Assembly: GCA_000934665.2 (NCBI GenBank)
Contig: JYFJ02002995.1
Location: 1 to 47,593 of the forward strand
Source: Catajapyx aquilonaris
Lineage: Eukaryota
Length of the DNA stretch: 47,593 nt
Direction: 5' to 3'
Translations under genes and position numbers: made by a program
The notes under the pieces: generated by a model
Told to the model about the DNA's origin: nothing
Databases searched by the model: none
The model's input: the letters and a program-made list of their open reading frames with translations, nothing else
Shown: positions 1 through 11,948 of the stretch, piece by piece
How the letters are laid out: each line of letters begins with the position of its first letter
Numbering within the stretch: position 1 is the first letter of the stretch

Positions 1-71
1 AATTGGTGGATGCGCTGAATTTACGGAGATGGTTTAATTTGCTAGGTATTGTGGCATAAGGGCATTTCCTA

Positions 72-374
72 GGGGAGACAAAGTGGCGCTGCGGAAACGT
101 ATGCTCCCATGGATGTTAAGGTCCCGGGTTCGATCCCAGCCCGGGGTTCCCTCCTTCATCCCGTGCAGAGTTGGGTCGTCTCTGGCTTCGTATTGGGTGG
201 AATCTCCTCATGAGTTCACAAAATATACTGTTTGAGAATTGCACTTGCACCTTGCTCATCCCCTCCCAGTCACCCTGCCCGTGGGCCCAGGCGCTAGGTC
301 AAAAAGGTTCCATCAAGACGAAATAAAGGTTCCCTCCCTGCGGTACGATGCAGGGAGGTAAATAGCTAAAAAAA
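72..374 (+). mobile_element. tRNA-derived SINE (about 300 bp)
   Basis: Pol III A box TGGCGCTGCGG (84-94) and B box GGTTCGATCCC (127-137). A 9-bp 3' stem-loop CCTCCCTGC/GCAGGGAGG (333-358) precedes an A-run (368-374). Imperfect flanking direct repeat GGCATTTC at 61-68 and 379-386. Confidence 0.7.
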
Positions 375-910
375 GATAGGCATTTCTATGGGAATGCGAA
401 TTGATTTATTGTTACTGATGCGTAAGTTAATTGTTGAGGCAGGAATATGCGTGTTGTGGGAGTTAGGTACATTTTCGGAAGCTGAAACATGCGGCGTTAG
501 ATTCCTTGGAAAAAGTAACCCCCGATATGCTAATTTAAGCCGGTGTAAGGGCCTTCCCCTGGATTTCTATAAGGGACAAACATCCAAACTGACAAACTTC
601 CTTATTTATAGAGATAGAGATATATAAGAAGATAGATAAAAATGCTGACAATCATAATTGTCTTGGCTTGTTGATTTACTAAGGTCATAACAGCGAAATG
701 TAAGATTTTCTACAAAAGCATAGAGGCTGTGAAAGTCCCACGCCAATCAAGCAAATATATTTTTACAAATCACCTGCACAAATGAATATGATTTGGCATA
801 TAAAAAATGTCTCGTAATAGTAATTAGAGCGGAAATTATTGCTAATAATATTTGTTGCAAACGTACGAAGACTGTCATATTTGACGAGCTACTGTGCAAA
901 CATTAATTTA

Positions 911-1064
911 CGGTGTTTGACGGCATATAAGACGCACCCCCACTTCAGCAGTTCATATTCAGGGAAAAAAAGTTCTTAAGTGTATTTTCGCACATAAGAT
1001 GCAAGCCGATTTTTTGGGCAATTTTTGGGGGGGAAAAGTGTCTCTTATATGCCGTAAAATATTG
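911..1064. mobile_element. Tc1/mariner-superfamily (Tc2/pogo-like) MITE
   Basis: Terminal inverted repeats CGGTGTTTGACGGCATATAAGACGCAC ... GTGTCTCTTATATGCCGTAAAATATTG, with TA on both sides. A related copy lies at 24646-24751. Confidence 0.7.
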
Positions 1065-1378
1065 TAATTAAAATTGCAGCGAACAGTAACTATACATATT
1101 GGGCATCATTGCCAGATAATAAAAATAACTAATGTCTCTGCCAGCGTATTTATCAATCGTGAAGTTAACAACCTGCATTTCTAGGCACTGTAAATAGAGG
1201 AAATTAACTGTGCTACAAATATTATTAGCAACCAATTGTAATTTTGAAAAGCTGATTAATGGACACTATTTTAGCTGATGACCAATCAATGTCCAATCAA
1301 ACAAGGAAGCAATTTTCCCAAGCATTTCTAACAAGGCCATAAATTTGTATGGAATAAAATCAGCATGCTCATATTCAC

Positions 1379-2338
1379 CTTGTATCTGTATGTAATTCCT
1401 TGGCTCACGTTAAGAAGCACTCCTGGTGGTAGTTGTTCCGAGATATTGTCGCCTGTTTGCATGGCAGTGCTGCAAGAAGGCAGGCTCTCTTCATGCCCAG
1501 GCACCAGAGGCGTCCAGCCTGTATCCTACGAAAGGTTAACGTAAAATATATTTTCAATAACAACACATCTTTCAAGAGCTAGTTGCCAGTGCGTCATGCT
1601 TTGTGGACTAATTCTAAATGCAGGCTGATAATGCTCGCACATGAGATTGTACCTGATGCAAAGAGACATCATGAGATCCCCAGGACGGTTGGCGAACATG
1701 ATTCTCACCCGCACTCTCTTCCTCCCAGTCCTCCTGCGAAAATAAGCATCGTAGTGTCTGGTATCACATTACACTAACGTGACGCACAACCATTTACCTC
1801 GCCATGAGGCTGTTGCTTAACAGTGGTGTCGTCAGGGATGGCCTGCTCCTCCTCCGCAGCCTGTTGCGACTCCCACTGGTCCTCAACCTCCTCTTTGACG
1901 CACCTCACCGGCACTTCTTCTTGCGGCTGTTCTACCGGCAACTCCTGACACTGCGCTTCACATGCAGGCGGCTCTGGAATTGAGCGGCACAGCGTTGATC
2001 CTACGCAGTGCAAAGAGTACATATCAATGGAACCCTTGCGCTAATGCGCTTGTGTTGCTATGAAGGGATGACCCACCGTCCCTTCCCGTGGTCGTCCCAT
2101 CAGCGGCGTCCCTCCGGCCTGTCCCTGGTGGTGGTGGCCCTTCCCCCGCCCAGAGGAGGTCCTCCATCTTCCCCAGCAGCCTCCTCTCCATCTCCTCCAT
2201 CCGGCCCTCCATCTGGCCCAGCAGCTTCCAGGACACCTGGTCCCACCTGGACACCAGCCCTTCCAGGAGGAGCCTGTTCCCCTCCACCGCGCCCAGCACC
2301 AGCCCCACACTGCCGACCATCTCCTGGCCCATCTCCAT
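1379..2338 (-). CDS. 5' part of a spliced gene for an uncharacterised protein (coiled-coil-like N terminus, acidic linker); 3' end not resolved
   Basis: Frame-consistent GT-AG exons 2338-2077, 2000-1798, 1733-1653 and 1525-1379 (MEMGQEM...MEGRMEEMERRLLGKMEDLL...VKEEVED...EDWEEESAGEN...MQTGDN...YRYK). TATA-like TATATA near 2444-2451. Confidence 0.6.
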
Positions 2339-3969
2339 CCCTCTCAATTAGTATAATGCCCTAATTAATAATTAGCCAATTAAACGTGAAACGACGGAGC
2401 GGACCGTACTGACGAACTGGCTGATTCCTTTCCAGTGGACAGGTATATATAGGCTTGGGTTGCGTCCCAAACTATAAATTCAAGGTTTGACCAAGACCAA
2501 AGAGCCGAAAGGAGTCTTATTTGACCTGGACTTTCCCAGAAGAAGAAGAAGAAGAAAAAAAGGCCGAAAGGCCGAAACCAGTAGGCCTATATGGGATTTG
2601 TGTAAGTCGTCTACATCTGATAATGTACAGTTTCAGTCGGTGTCGCTTCCCAATAAGCTATAAAAGATTTGACCATGACTTTCACATGATGCGCTATTTG
2701 ATGCTTTTTGGTAAACAAGTGCCGAAACCAAGAATCCTTTGTGTAAGGGGTCGGCACAAAATTTGGAAGCCATCTCAAGTCAGGGACATTGAAAATAGCC
2801 CTTGGGAGTTCTGGTAATAAAGGAGTGCCCATAAAAATTAGACACGGCTACTTTCTCTAATTTTGAAGGGTCCAGAGGACTATAAGGGGACCCTTTCTAC
2901 ACAAAGGATTCTGGCGCTCCACCCCAGATTTCAATGTATAATTCCATAATTTCACTTCATTTTTAACATTCAAGTGTAAATGATGATTTCGTATTTTATA
3001 GTGATGCGAATAATGACAGGGAATATTGTGTAGATATTATTACTGTCTGTGGGAAAATTTTTGCAACCTATCACATTCACAGATATCATAATTACGTCTT
3101 GTTTGACGCTAAATCACTTTATGCACATGTGTTGCTGGAACCAATATTGACCCATCACCCCCTTTAAAAAAGGAGAAAGAAAACCCCCCTCTTCCAAGGA
3201 ATCTGCTGGCCTCTCTTTTCCACCACCGACCCTTTTATTCCTTTGTAACTATTTTGTAACGGGATCCCCTCAACATGGGGTGAAAAGGGGGGGATGCTGA
3301 CCCGCCTGCTGACCTTCCAAGATTGACCCTTTTTTTATCTCGGCTAATCAGTGGGTTTTTAATGTGTGGACTTCATATCCTACAACGTGAAATAAATAAG
3401 GGGCGGCAAATATTATTTATTTTCACATCAATAAACAACTTTATATGCGAATAACTATTCAAAGGATATTTCCTACTGTCCAAATTCATAATTAATTTTT
3501 CCATCAATATGTCTTCATTGGGACAGCACTGAGGAACTGCCAAAAAGCGTCTTTGTTCTGGAGAAGAAGAGGGGGTTTTTTTTAAAGAAAAAATGTCTGG
3601 AGTTTTTTTCACTGGTTCAATGGGCAGCCGAGTGGCGGCAGCACGTGACATTCAGGGTTTGGCCTATCCTAATTTTGGACCAAAGATGGCGGACAGTGTA
3701 TGCCGCCATGTTTGGTCCTGAAATAAAGTTTGGCGGTCAAATTCAAACTGTCCTTTTCATTTATTATATTTATCATACTCACTATTTATTATATTTATTA
3801 GTCGCTAGAGCTATTAATAGCGGAGGAGCCCTGTTCTTAACACGGACTGTTCCCATGGACACCCCCTTTTGCCACGAACGGCTGTTGCCATGGCCGAATT
3901 TTGGACAAGCAAACCAACAAACCGTGCCTTTTATACTTATAGGCCTATGTCCACGATTATTTGTTGAAA

Positions 3970-4400
3970 TTATTTATATTTTATTCGTTCATTCATTTAC
4001 TGTATTTACTCGATTGATTTATTGATTTATTTACATTTCATTCATTCATTTATTTACTGTATTCATTCATTTACTTTATTTACTTCATTTATTTACATAT
4101 CATACATTTATTACTGTATTCATTCATTTATATTATTTATTGATTTATTTACATTTTATTCATTCATATATTTATATGCTGGACTCATTCGTTTATTTAT
4201 AATTTATGCAGTCAGTAATTATAATTATTATAATTATAATATGCTGATAGTATTCATTCATTTATTTATTCACTGCATTTATTTTAAATTTACATTTGAT
4301 TCATTCGTGTAGCTATTTATTTACTATTTTTATTTATGTACCCTTTATCCATTCACTTATCTATTTATTAACTGTATTTATTTTTGTAATCATTTAATTA
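3970..4400. repeat. AT-rich low-complexity tract (degenerate ATTC/ATTT repeats)
   Basis: Repeated TTCATTCATTTA / TTTATTTA units. Confidence 0.8.
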
Positions 4401-4484
4401 TTTTAACTATTCCACAAGTAAGGTCACATACTTGTTACAGTAGCCTACAATTTATTTCCAATTATCTGAGTGGTTATTGCTGTA

Positions 4485-7400
4485 CTAGTCCTGCGACCGA
4501 TGCGATGAGAGTCTTGCAGTTCGGCCGTAAATATTCCGGACGTACTCTGTGCCGAACTGGCCGTACACAAAAATGTGGTGGGATGGCCAGTCCAGGATCC
4601 GCAGACTCTGAAGACAGGATATTACGAATGTGGGTCCCCCGCACAGCAATACCTGCCGATGAATGATTGTCACTTAGTCGTACAACTAACGAAGTAAGCC
4701 GGAGTTACGTTACCTTCTTCTTGGTGTCGTTCGCGGTTGGAAGAAGCGTTTCCATCTTAGCCGAGTCCAACGTGCCTTCCAAACCGTTCCACAGCGAGTC
4801 TGGGTTGCGCAAGATGTAATTCACGCTTATCCGCTTGTCCGCTGAAATAGGCAGCTGCTAATATAATATAATTCAATATTTAATTCAATGGCAGTTACCT
4901 GCGAATTGGTCCAGCTCATGCTTCAGGAGCAGGTCTTCCTCTCTGTTTGCGCAAAATATGAAGGTGACCGAGGTTGCATCCAGCGGATTGCCGGCTATGC
5001 AGCGGACCAACTGGAGAGCGGGGGTCGCTCCAATTCCGCTGCCTATTAGGATCAGGTGACCTAATGACCTCGGGGTGTATTCGAAACCACCGCAAGGTCC
5101 ACGGAATTCAACCGCATCACCTGGAAATTCATCCCTAGTTAGATCTAGACAGTTTCCATTAACACCCTGTACTTACCAGGTGTCATGTTGGAGAAAACCT
5201 GCGACACTGTCCCTTGACCTTCAAGTCTGGTCGCAATTTCCAGTACGCCAAATTCCTCCGGATCCGATATCGGAGAAAAGTATCGCTCTTCGCTGTTACC
5301 CACACGCATCTGTAAGTTAATACGTCAACAAATTGTCACATTCGCTGGCATGTCTAGCGAGAGTACCTGCACGTACTGCCCGGGAAGGCAGCCCAAGTGA
5401 TCTGCAGATTTCGGCAATGAAAATTGAAGCCGGAATGTTTTAGGTGCGAACTCATCTTTCCTGATTAACGACAGAAATATGTACGTATGCGGATTGAGCG
5501 CCGAGTCGTGCCGAACTCCATTGCATGTGACCTAGGAAAAGAAAATTGTACGTTAACAAGTAATGTTCCACCAACTTGAGCATACCATTGGATAATATAG
5601 CGGCGGAGATGTACTGAACGGATTATCAAAATCCTCGTCGGCTGGTTCATCATTTTCAGGCGCTTGCAATTCCTGAAGTAGTTGCTTAGCCAACTTTTCC
5701 TTCGCAGATCTGTCGAGCTTCTTAACTTCTTGCAGCAAAATTGGCTGATTCGCTTTCCGATCCCTAGTTCGCAATTAAAGTCGGTTTAACAATGCCACTT
5801 TAATTAATCAGCAATTAACGTACCAGTTCTCAACAATTTCATGCCCAAACAGTCCAAGCTTTCCCAGATGCTGTTTGGCAATTTCGTTAGACGGAGACAT
5901 CAACCAACTTGCTCGTGAATCTCTCAGCAATCGCTCAATCCCTGCAAACAATTATTACAATTATTAAACGCGGCGACATATTCTGACGCTTAATTAATTA
6001 CCCAATTCCTCTTTGAAGCCTTCCCCGCCGCATATGCGCATCATGTTGTCGGTCACTTCTGCCGCAGTCTTCGCAGCCACGCATTTAACGATATGGACGT
6101 ACATGCTGTACTGTTGTCTGCAGGGTTTAAAATAATTAGATTGTACGAAGGACGCTATATTCGACAAGGAATATATTACGTCCGTTACAATGTAATTATC
6201 TTCAGCGCACACTCGTCGCAACTACACAATTACCTGCAGCTAAAATCAGGATCCCGATAATGAGTCCAATCGCATCCGTTTGTCAGTTTGTCCATATGTT
6301 GCATATGCGTAAAGAGTGTCATCCGACTAGTAATGGCCGAGGATAGACTTTCACCATATATGTCCTTTAAAAAAAAAAAAAGTCAGGATTAACGAACAAA
6401 TTTTGCGATTACGGTTTGCTCATTACCTGGATCGTCGGGTAGTCACATATTCGGAGACCGACATCGCCGTATGTTTTGGTCGTCACATGTCGTCTGGCTA
6501 GATCTAGAGCGGCCATCGCTATTCCGTTAAAATTAGCGCCTGTTAACGCACCGCCAAGGGGAAGAAGCGTTTCGGCTATAATACGGCCGCCTTCGCCTGC
6601 AAGTAAATCGAACAATAAATGTGCACACCAATTGTTGTCGGTACAACCTTCATGTCCGATCATCCGCTCCTTGTTCAATATTCCCTCGAACACAACAGGC
6701 GACGAGCAATTTCCTCGCAACCCCAAAGCCTTCCAGTCGTCAGCGTACGTTCTCACATTTTCCTGCAACCGTAGCGTGGATAATGCGGCCGGATTAACAT
6801 GCGACGGACTTACTTTAGTCACTAAGTAAAGCGTCGTCAGCGGCTGGCTGGAAACGCACGGTGTGGCCACACTCATGACGTACCAGTCCGCATGTCCGGC
6901 TGAGGTGCACCAAGAACCAAATCGGAGTAATTTGAGATGATCGTCGTCCACGTACTTAGTCTTGGAAGACAGCGGAGCCAGAAAGTGGCCTCCTAGAAAG
7001 TACGTGACATAAAAATATCCCATTGCGACCTTTTTAATGGAAAAATTACCGGTTGCAGGATCACTCAAACTGGACGTTCCCAGCAGCTTCTTCGTGCACA
7101 CGTTCCTTAAAAAGTCCTCCAGAAAAGGACTGCAACTCTTGCTGTCGTACAGCATCAGGAGCGATTGAAGTGCGACGTTGTGCATGGCTGCCAAGTTGGA
7201 AAAGATATTGAGAACGTTAATGTTGAAGTGTCGATTCGCAATACTTACTGTAGACCATTGAAGTGCTGGGGCATCCGTAACGTGCGATGGTTTCGATGAC
7301 CATTGTTGCGCACACCAGGTTTTCTCCCGTTCCGCCCAACTCCTTCGGAATCAGCAGTCCGAGCAGGCCAATCTCGGCAAGGTCATTAATACTGTCTTGC

Positions 7401-7635
7401 GGAAAGGTGCTTGTTTGGTCATAGTACGCCTGTAATTTCAACCGACGGATGTAAGCGAATGTACAAAAGCCGTAGACATAAAGCGTACCGCTCTGGGTCT
7501 GATTCTCGTACGGCAAATCTCCATCACTTCCTTTCGAAGCTCCATTTGACTCGCCGTGAGGAACCAATCTTGGTCGAACTCGTAGCCCAAACCCCAAAAG
7601 GGCTTGTTGCCCCAAGTTTTGATATCGCATGCCAT
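4485..7635 (-). CDS. Acyl-CoA dehydrogenase-fold flavoprotein fused to a C-terminal cytochrome b5 reductase/FNR-like FAD+NAD(P)H domain (15 exons, about 762 aa)
   Basis: Exons 7635-7489, 7429-7249, 7187-7050, 6992-6814, 6762-6648, 6596-6427, 6364-6234, 6117-6002, 5941-5824, 5763-5586, 5531-5367, 5309-5177, 5120-4899, 4841-4714, 4652-4485; all introns GT-AG, 2289 nt in frame. ACAD motifs: GLLGLLIPKELGG, SDPATG, LGLRG, CGGEGF, IERLLRD. Reductase motifs: LPGQY, RYFSP, GTVS, RGPCG, GSGIGATP, LLCGG. Confidence 0.88.
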
Positions 7636-8038
7636 TAATGCGAACGTACGCAAAAAAACAATTGGGGCTTAATTTGTCAACAAATAGAAGAGGACGTACT
7701 TGGTTAACTGTTGGAAGTCAGAATATATCAAATGTGTCAGCTGAGCTTATCCTTATCAAAGGGGTCAATGTACACCCGATTTATCAAGTACAAATGCAGC
7801 CGCACATATCTGCTGTCGTTTGTGTCTCTGGATTTTCAGATAACTTGCGCAATTAAAATTAAAAATCAACTCTCCCGACAACGAGCGATTTATTCGTTCC
7901 AAGTACAAATTTGGTCGGACCACAATTAATTGCGATTACAATATTTTTAAAAAAATCCCTTATCAATTCAGAAGGTCCATTTCAAAACTTCCAAACGAAA
8001 GATGGCACTTGGAGGATTTAACAACGTCTCCGAGTGGT

Positions 8039-9076
8039 TCACGCTTTCAGACTATGAATCGAGTAAATACTTTGCACCTCACCCTCGTGGTCCTGCATGT
8101 GACGCTGCAACTCGGATTCGTCAGTAAAGCCTTTCTTACACTGGATGCAAACATGAGCCGGTTCTTGCGCATGTTCCGCATGTTGCGCATGGGAAAAGGG
8201 CCTTCCGACAGTGTGAGTTCGGATGTGGCGGCCCAACTGGTACTTTTGTCTAAACGCTTTTCCGCACGCCGTACAAGGAAATGGCCTTTCTCCCGTATGG
8301 ATTCGCTTGTGGACGTCCAACCCAGACTTTCGTTTAAACCCTTTCCCACATTCGGTGCAAGAGAATGGTTTTTCTCCCCCGTGAGTCCGCATGTGGATGT
8401 CCATTCGGGACTTTAGTCTAAACCCTTTTCCGCACACAGAACAACGAAACGGAACTTCCCCATTGTGACTATCCATGTGGCTATCCAGTTGGTACTTACG
8501 CTGAAACGTCTTTCCACATTTCGAGCAAGAGTACGCATGGATTTTCATATGATCTTCCAACAGATCTTTTTGATGGAAGCCCTTATCGCACAAGTCGCAA
8601 AAAAATTGCCTAACACCATGCACCGCACTGTGCGTAATCAAATTGTATTTCTTCTTGAAGGCCTTGTTGCATATCTTGCACACATGTTGTCCTTCCGTGG
8701 CGTGAACCTTCATGTGACGCACTAACTGGCGACCAGTTTTAAACAATTTCAAGCATACCTTACAGATAAACACTTTCTGATTTATATTGTCCGCACTTGT
8801 TTGGGACTGTTGCGGTTCTTCAGGTCCTGCGAGTCCCATAGGAAGCTCCCATGCGTTCATTCCAGTCAGCGGTGCATCCTCCTGAAAGAAGCCAACGAAA
8901 TGTATAAATTGTGTGTCGCCACGATTATGTTTCAGGCATACCTGACATGAAAACTCTTCCTCGTTTGCGTAAAGGAACTCATTATAATATGAGCTGTGTT
9001 GCACATTCAGCACTACGTCATGCTCCATCGCCACAAACGGCTGCTCTCCCGTGCGGCTTCTTTGTTGCGGATCATC
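8039..9076 (-). CDS. C2H2 ZF terminal module J (linker exon 9076-8942 + ZF exon 8881-8039; 8 intact fingers)
   Basis: Phase-0 acceptor TTTTTTCAG|GATGATCCG; 60-nt intron; tandem C-x2-C-x12-H-x3-H fingers with TGERPF-type linkers; AATAAA at 7894-7889. Confidence 0.85.
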   Translation of the reverse strand, partial: DDPQQRSRTGEQPFVAMEHDVVLNVQHSSYYNEFLYANEEEFSCQVCLKHNRGDTQFIHFVGFFQEDAPLTGMNAWELPMGLAGPEEPQQSQTSADNINQKVFICKVCLKLFKTGRQLVRHMKVHATEGQHVCKICNKAFKKKYNLITHSAVHGVRQFFCDLCDKGFHQKDLLEDHMKIHAYSCSKCGKTFQRKYQLDSHMDSHNGEVPFRCSVCGKGFRLKSRMDIHMRTHGGEKPFSCTECGKGFKRKSGLDVHKRIHTGERPFPCTACGKAFRQKYQLGRHIRTHTVGRPFSHAQHAEHAQEPAHVCIQCKKGFTDESELQRHMQDHEGEVQSIYSIHSLKA

Positions 9077-9329
9077 CTGAAAAAATCATGTCATGAACTG
9101 TACACACTTATTCGCATGCAAACGTGATTGCCTAAATCATTATGAAACGCATGCTACACCGTCTTTTAAAATGAAACCTCCAACTCCCTACAACGATCAA
9201 TTTATTCGTTCCAAGTACAAATTAGTTTCGGGTCGGACCACAAATCATTGCGATTACAAAACAACATTGCCGGTACATTAGTACAAAGGAGCTCATACAG
9301 AAAGTACATAAAATTTGTGTCCGACAGGT

Positions 9330-10560
9330 TCAAGGAACGTATGAATCGAGTTTCCGCAGCCCTACACCCTCGTGGTCATTCACGTGACGGTGCAGCTCGG
9401 ATTCGTCAGTAAAGCCTTTCTTACACAGCATGCAAACATGAGCCGGTTCTTGCGCATGCACTGCCATGTGCCTGTCCAATCCCTGCTTGTACGCAAACCC
9501 TTTCCCACACACGGCGCATGAAAATGGCCTTTCTCCGGTGTGAGTTCGCATGTGGCGGTCCAACTGGTACTTTTGCGTAAACAATTTGCCACACTCGGTA
9601 CAAGAGAAAGGTCTTTCTCCCGTATGAGTTTGCATGTGACGGTCCAATTGGGACTTTCGTCTGAACAGTTTTCCGCATGAAGCGCACGAGAAAGGTTTTT
9701 CTCCCGTATGAATTCGCATGTGCAAGTCCATCTGGTACTTTCGTCTGAACCTTTTTTCGCATGCAGAGCAAGAATACGGTTTTTCTCCGGTGTGAGTTCG
9801 CATGTGGATGTCCAAGCTAAACTTTTCTATAAACCCCTTTCCGCACTCGTTGCACGGAAAGGGTTTTTCTCCCGTGTGTGTTCGCATGTGGACGTCCAAT
9901 TTTGACTTGTATCTAAACCCCCTTCCGCACATGGAACATGAAAATGGCACTTTTCCAGTGTGAGAAGCCATGTGGCTATCCAATAGGCACTTTTGCTGAA
10001 ATGTCTTTGCACATTCCTTGCAAGGGTACGCATGGCTTTTCAAATGCTTCCCCAAATGGTCCTTTCGAAAGAAGCCCCTATTGCAGACGTCGCAAAAAAA
10101 TCGGCGTGTACCGTGCAATGCACTGTGCCTAGTCAAGTGCGATTTCTCCTTGAAGGATTTGTTGCAGGTGACGCAAACGTGTGGCCTTTCCGGACCAGCT
10201 AAGCAAACCTTACGAGAAGATAATGTCTGATTTACATTAGTGCTCTCGTGATTGTCCGCACTTGTTTGCGACTGTTGCGCTTCTTCAGATAATGAGAATC
10301 CTGCGGCATCGATTCCCGTCAGTGGTTCATCCTCCTGTAAGAATCGAACATACGCTGTATTAGAACACTGGCTGTCATTCAATGCGGTTATTATGTTTAA
10401 AAACCTTCAGGCGTACCTGACATGAAAACCCTTCACGCTTTGGAATGGTGAACAGATGATTATATGAGTCGTGTTGCACATTCAACACATGGTCATGATC
10501 CATCCCGACAAATGGCTGCTGTCCCATGCTGCTTCCTTCTTGCGGATTCGTGTTCAGCAC
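9330..10560 (-). CDS. C2H2 ZF terminal module I (exons 10560-10417 and 10334-9330; 10 fingers, first finger deleted)
   Basis: Phase-0 acceptors (the first, AAG, is less certain); donor TGTCAG|GTACGC; HTGEKP linkers; AATAAA at 9206-9201. Confidence 0.85.
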
Positions 10561-10829
10561 CTTGAAATCGTTAAGAAATGGCTACTTTAATCTCAGAGCC
10601 TATGTTGGCCAGCGTTTGTTATAAAAATGCGGCTAAACAGTATCGTTTTGGCTTGCTCGCACGTCATGTGCCTAAAATACTACTTAAAATGAAACTTACA
10701 AAGAACAAGCCTTGCTGTCCACTACAACCTTCAATTTATTTGTTCAAAGTACAAAATAGTTTTGGTCCGACAACGGATCACTGTGGTTACAAAAATTGAT
10801 TTTTCATTGAAGCCTTTCTTACACAGTAT

Positions 10830-11948
10830 TCACACAAAAGCAGGATCTTTGGCATGCACTGCCATGTGCCTGTCCAATACCTGCTTGTGCGCAAACCCTT
10901 TGCAGCACACTGGGCATGAAAAGGGCCTTTCTCCCGTGTGAGTTCGCATGTGGACAACCAAGTTCGATGTTTCTGTAAACCCCATGCCACACTCAGAGCA
11001 CGAAAAGGGTTTTTCTCCCGTATGAGTTCGCATGTGCCGGTCCAAGCCATACTTGCTTCTAAACCCTTTTCCGCACTCAGTGCACGAAAAGGGTTTTTCT
11101 CCGGTGTGAGTTCGCATGTGCTTGTCCAAGTGAGACTTGCTTCTAAACCCCTTTCCGCACGCAGTGCATGAAGAGGGTTTTCCTCCCGTATGAGTTCCCA
11201 TGTGCTTGTCCAAGTCGGACTTTAGTCTAAACCCTTTTCCGCACACAGTACATGAAAACAGGGCTTCTCCCATGTGAGAAGACATGTGGCTATCCAATTG
11301 GCACTTTTGATCAAACGTCTTTTCACATACCCTGCAAGAGTATGGGTGGGTTTTCATATGCCTCCCCAACAGGTCCTTTCGAAAGAAGCCCTTATTGCAC
11401 ACTTCACAAAAAAATTTCCTTTCGCCGTGCACCTTGCTGTGCAGAGTCAAATTCTTTTTATACTTGAATGATTTGTCACAGATCATGCACTGGTGTGGTC
11501 CTTCATTTGGGTGGACCCTCATGTGAGACCTTAATTCGCAACCAGTTTCAAACAACTTCAAGCATACGTTACAAGAAAAGACTTTCTGATTTACGTTAGC
11601 GCTCTCTGGATTGTCCAAACGCTGTGCTTCTTCAGGTGCAGAGAAGCCAGAAGGCAGCTCTCCTACGGCATCGATTCCAGTTGGCGGTTCATCCTCCTGA
11701 AAGACAACACATTATATATTAGAACACATTGCTGTACGACTACGTACAGTCTTTCATTTGTGTGCAGCCGCATGACTCTTTAAGATGCGATTATATTTAA
11801 ACAACTTCAGGCGTACCTGACATGAAAACTCTTCCTGATTGTACGAGTCGTGTTGCACATTCAGCACTATTTCATGCTCCATCACTATCTCATGCTCCAT
11901 CATGACAAATAGCTGCTCTTCCATGCTGCTTCCTTCTTGCGGATCCTC
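10830..11948 (-). CDS. C2H2 ZF terminal module H (exons 11948-11817 and 11696-10830; 9 fingers, last finger lost to a TGC>TGA stop)
   Basis: Phase-0 acceptors and donor; ZF array; premature TGA where sister modules have the Cys of the terminal CILCKKGF finger; AATAAA at 10740-10735. Confidence 0.85.

Noticed and set aside
72..150. Functional tRNA gene
   Set aside because: A and B boxes are present but there is no clean cloverleaf or T-run terminator, and it continues into a SINE-like body and tail.
2480..3950. Possible transposon or gene between the orphan gene and the ACAD fusion
   Set aside because: No termini, target duplication or recognisable coding exon found; only short ORFs and YY1-like motifs.
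7635..7670. ACAD-reductase gene as an eleventh spliced tail of the BTB gene
   Set aside because: It has its own ATG, an in-frame TAA at 7671-7669, and the nearest AG gives phase 1, incompatible with the phase-0 donor.
10830..10832. TGA at a Cys position as selenocysteine
   Set aside because: The rest of the finger is deleted and no SECIS-like structure is apparent; a nonsense mutation is simpler.
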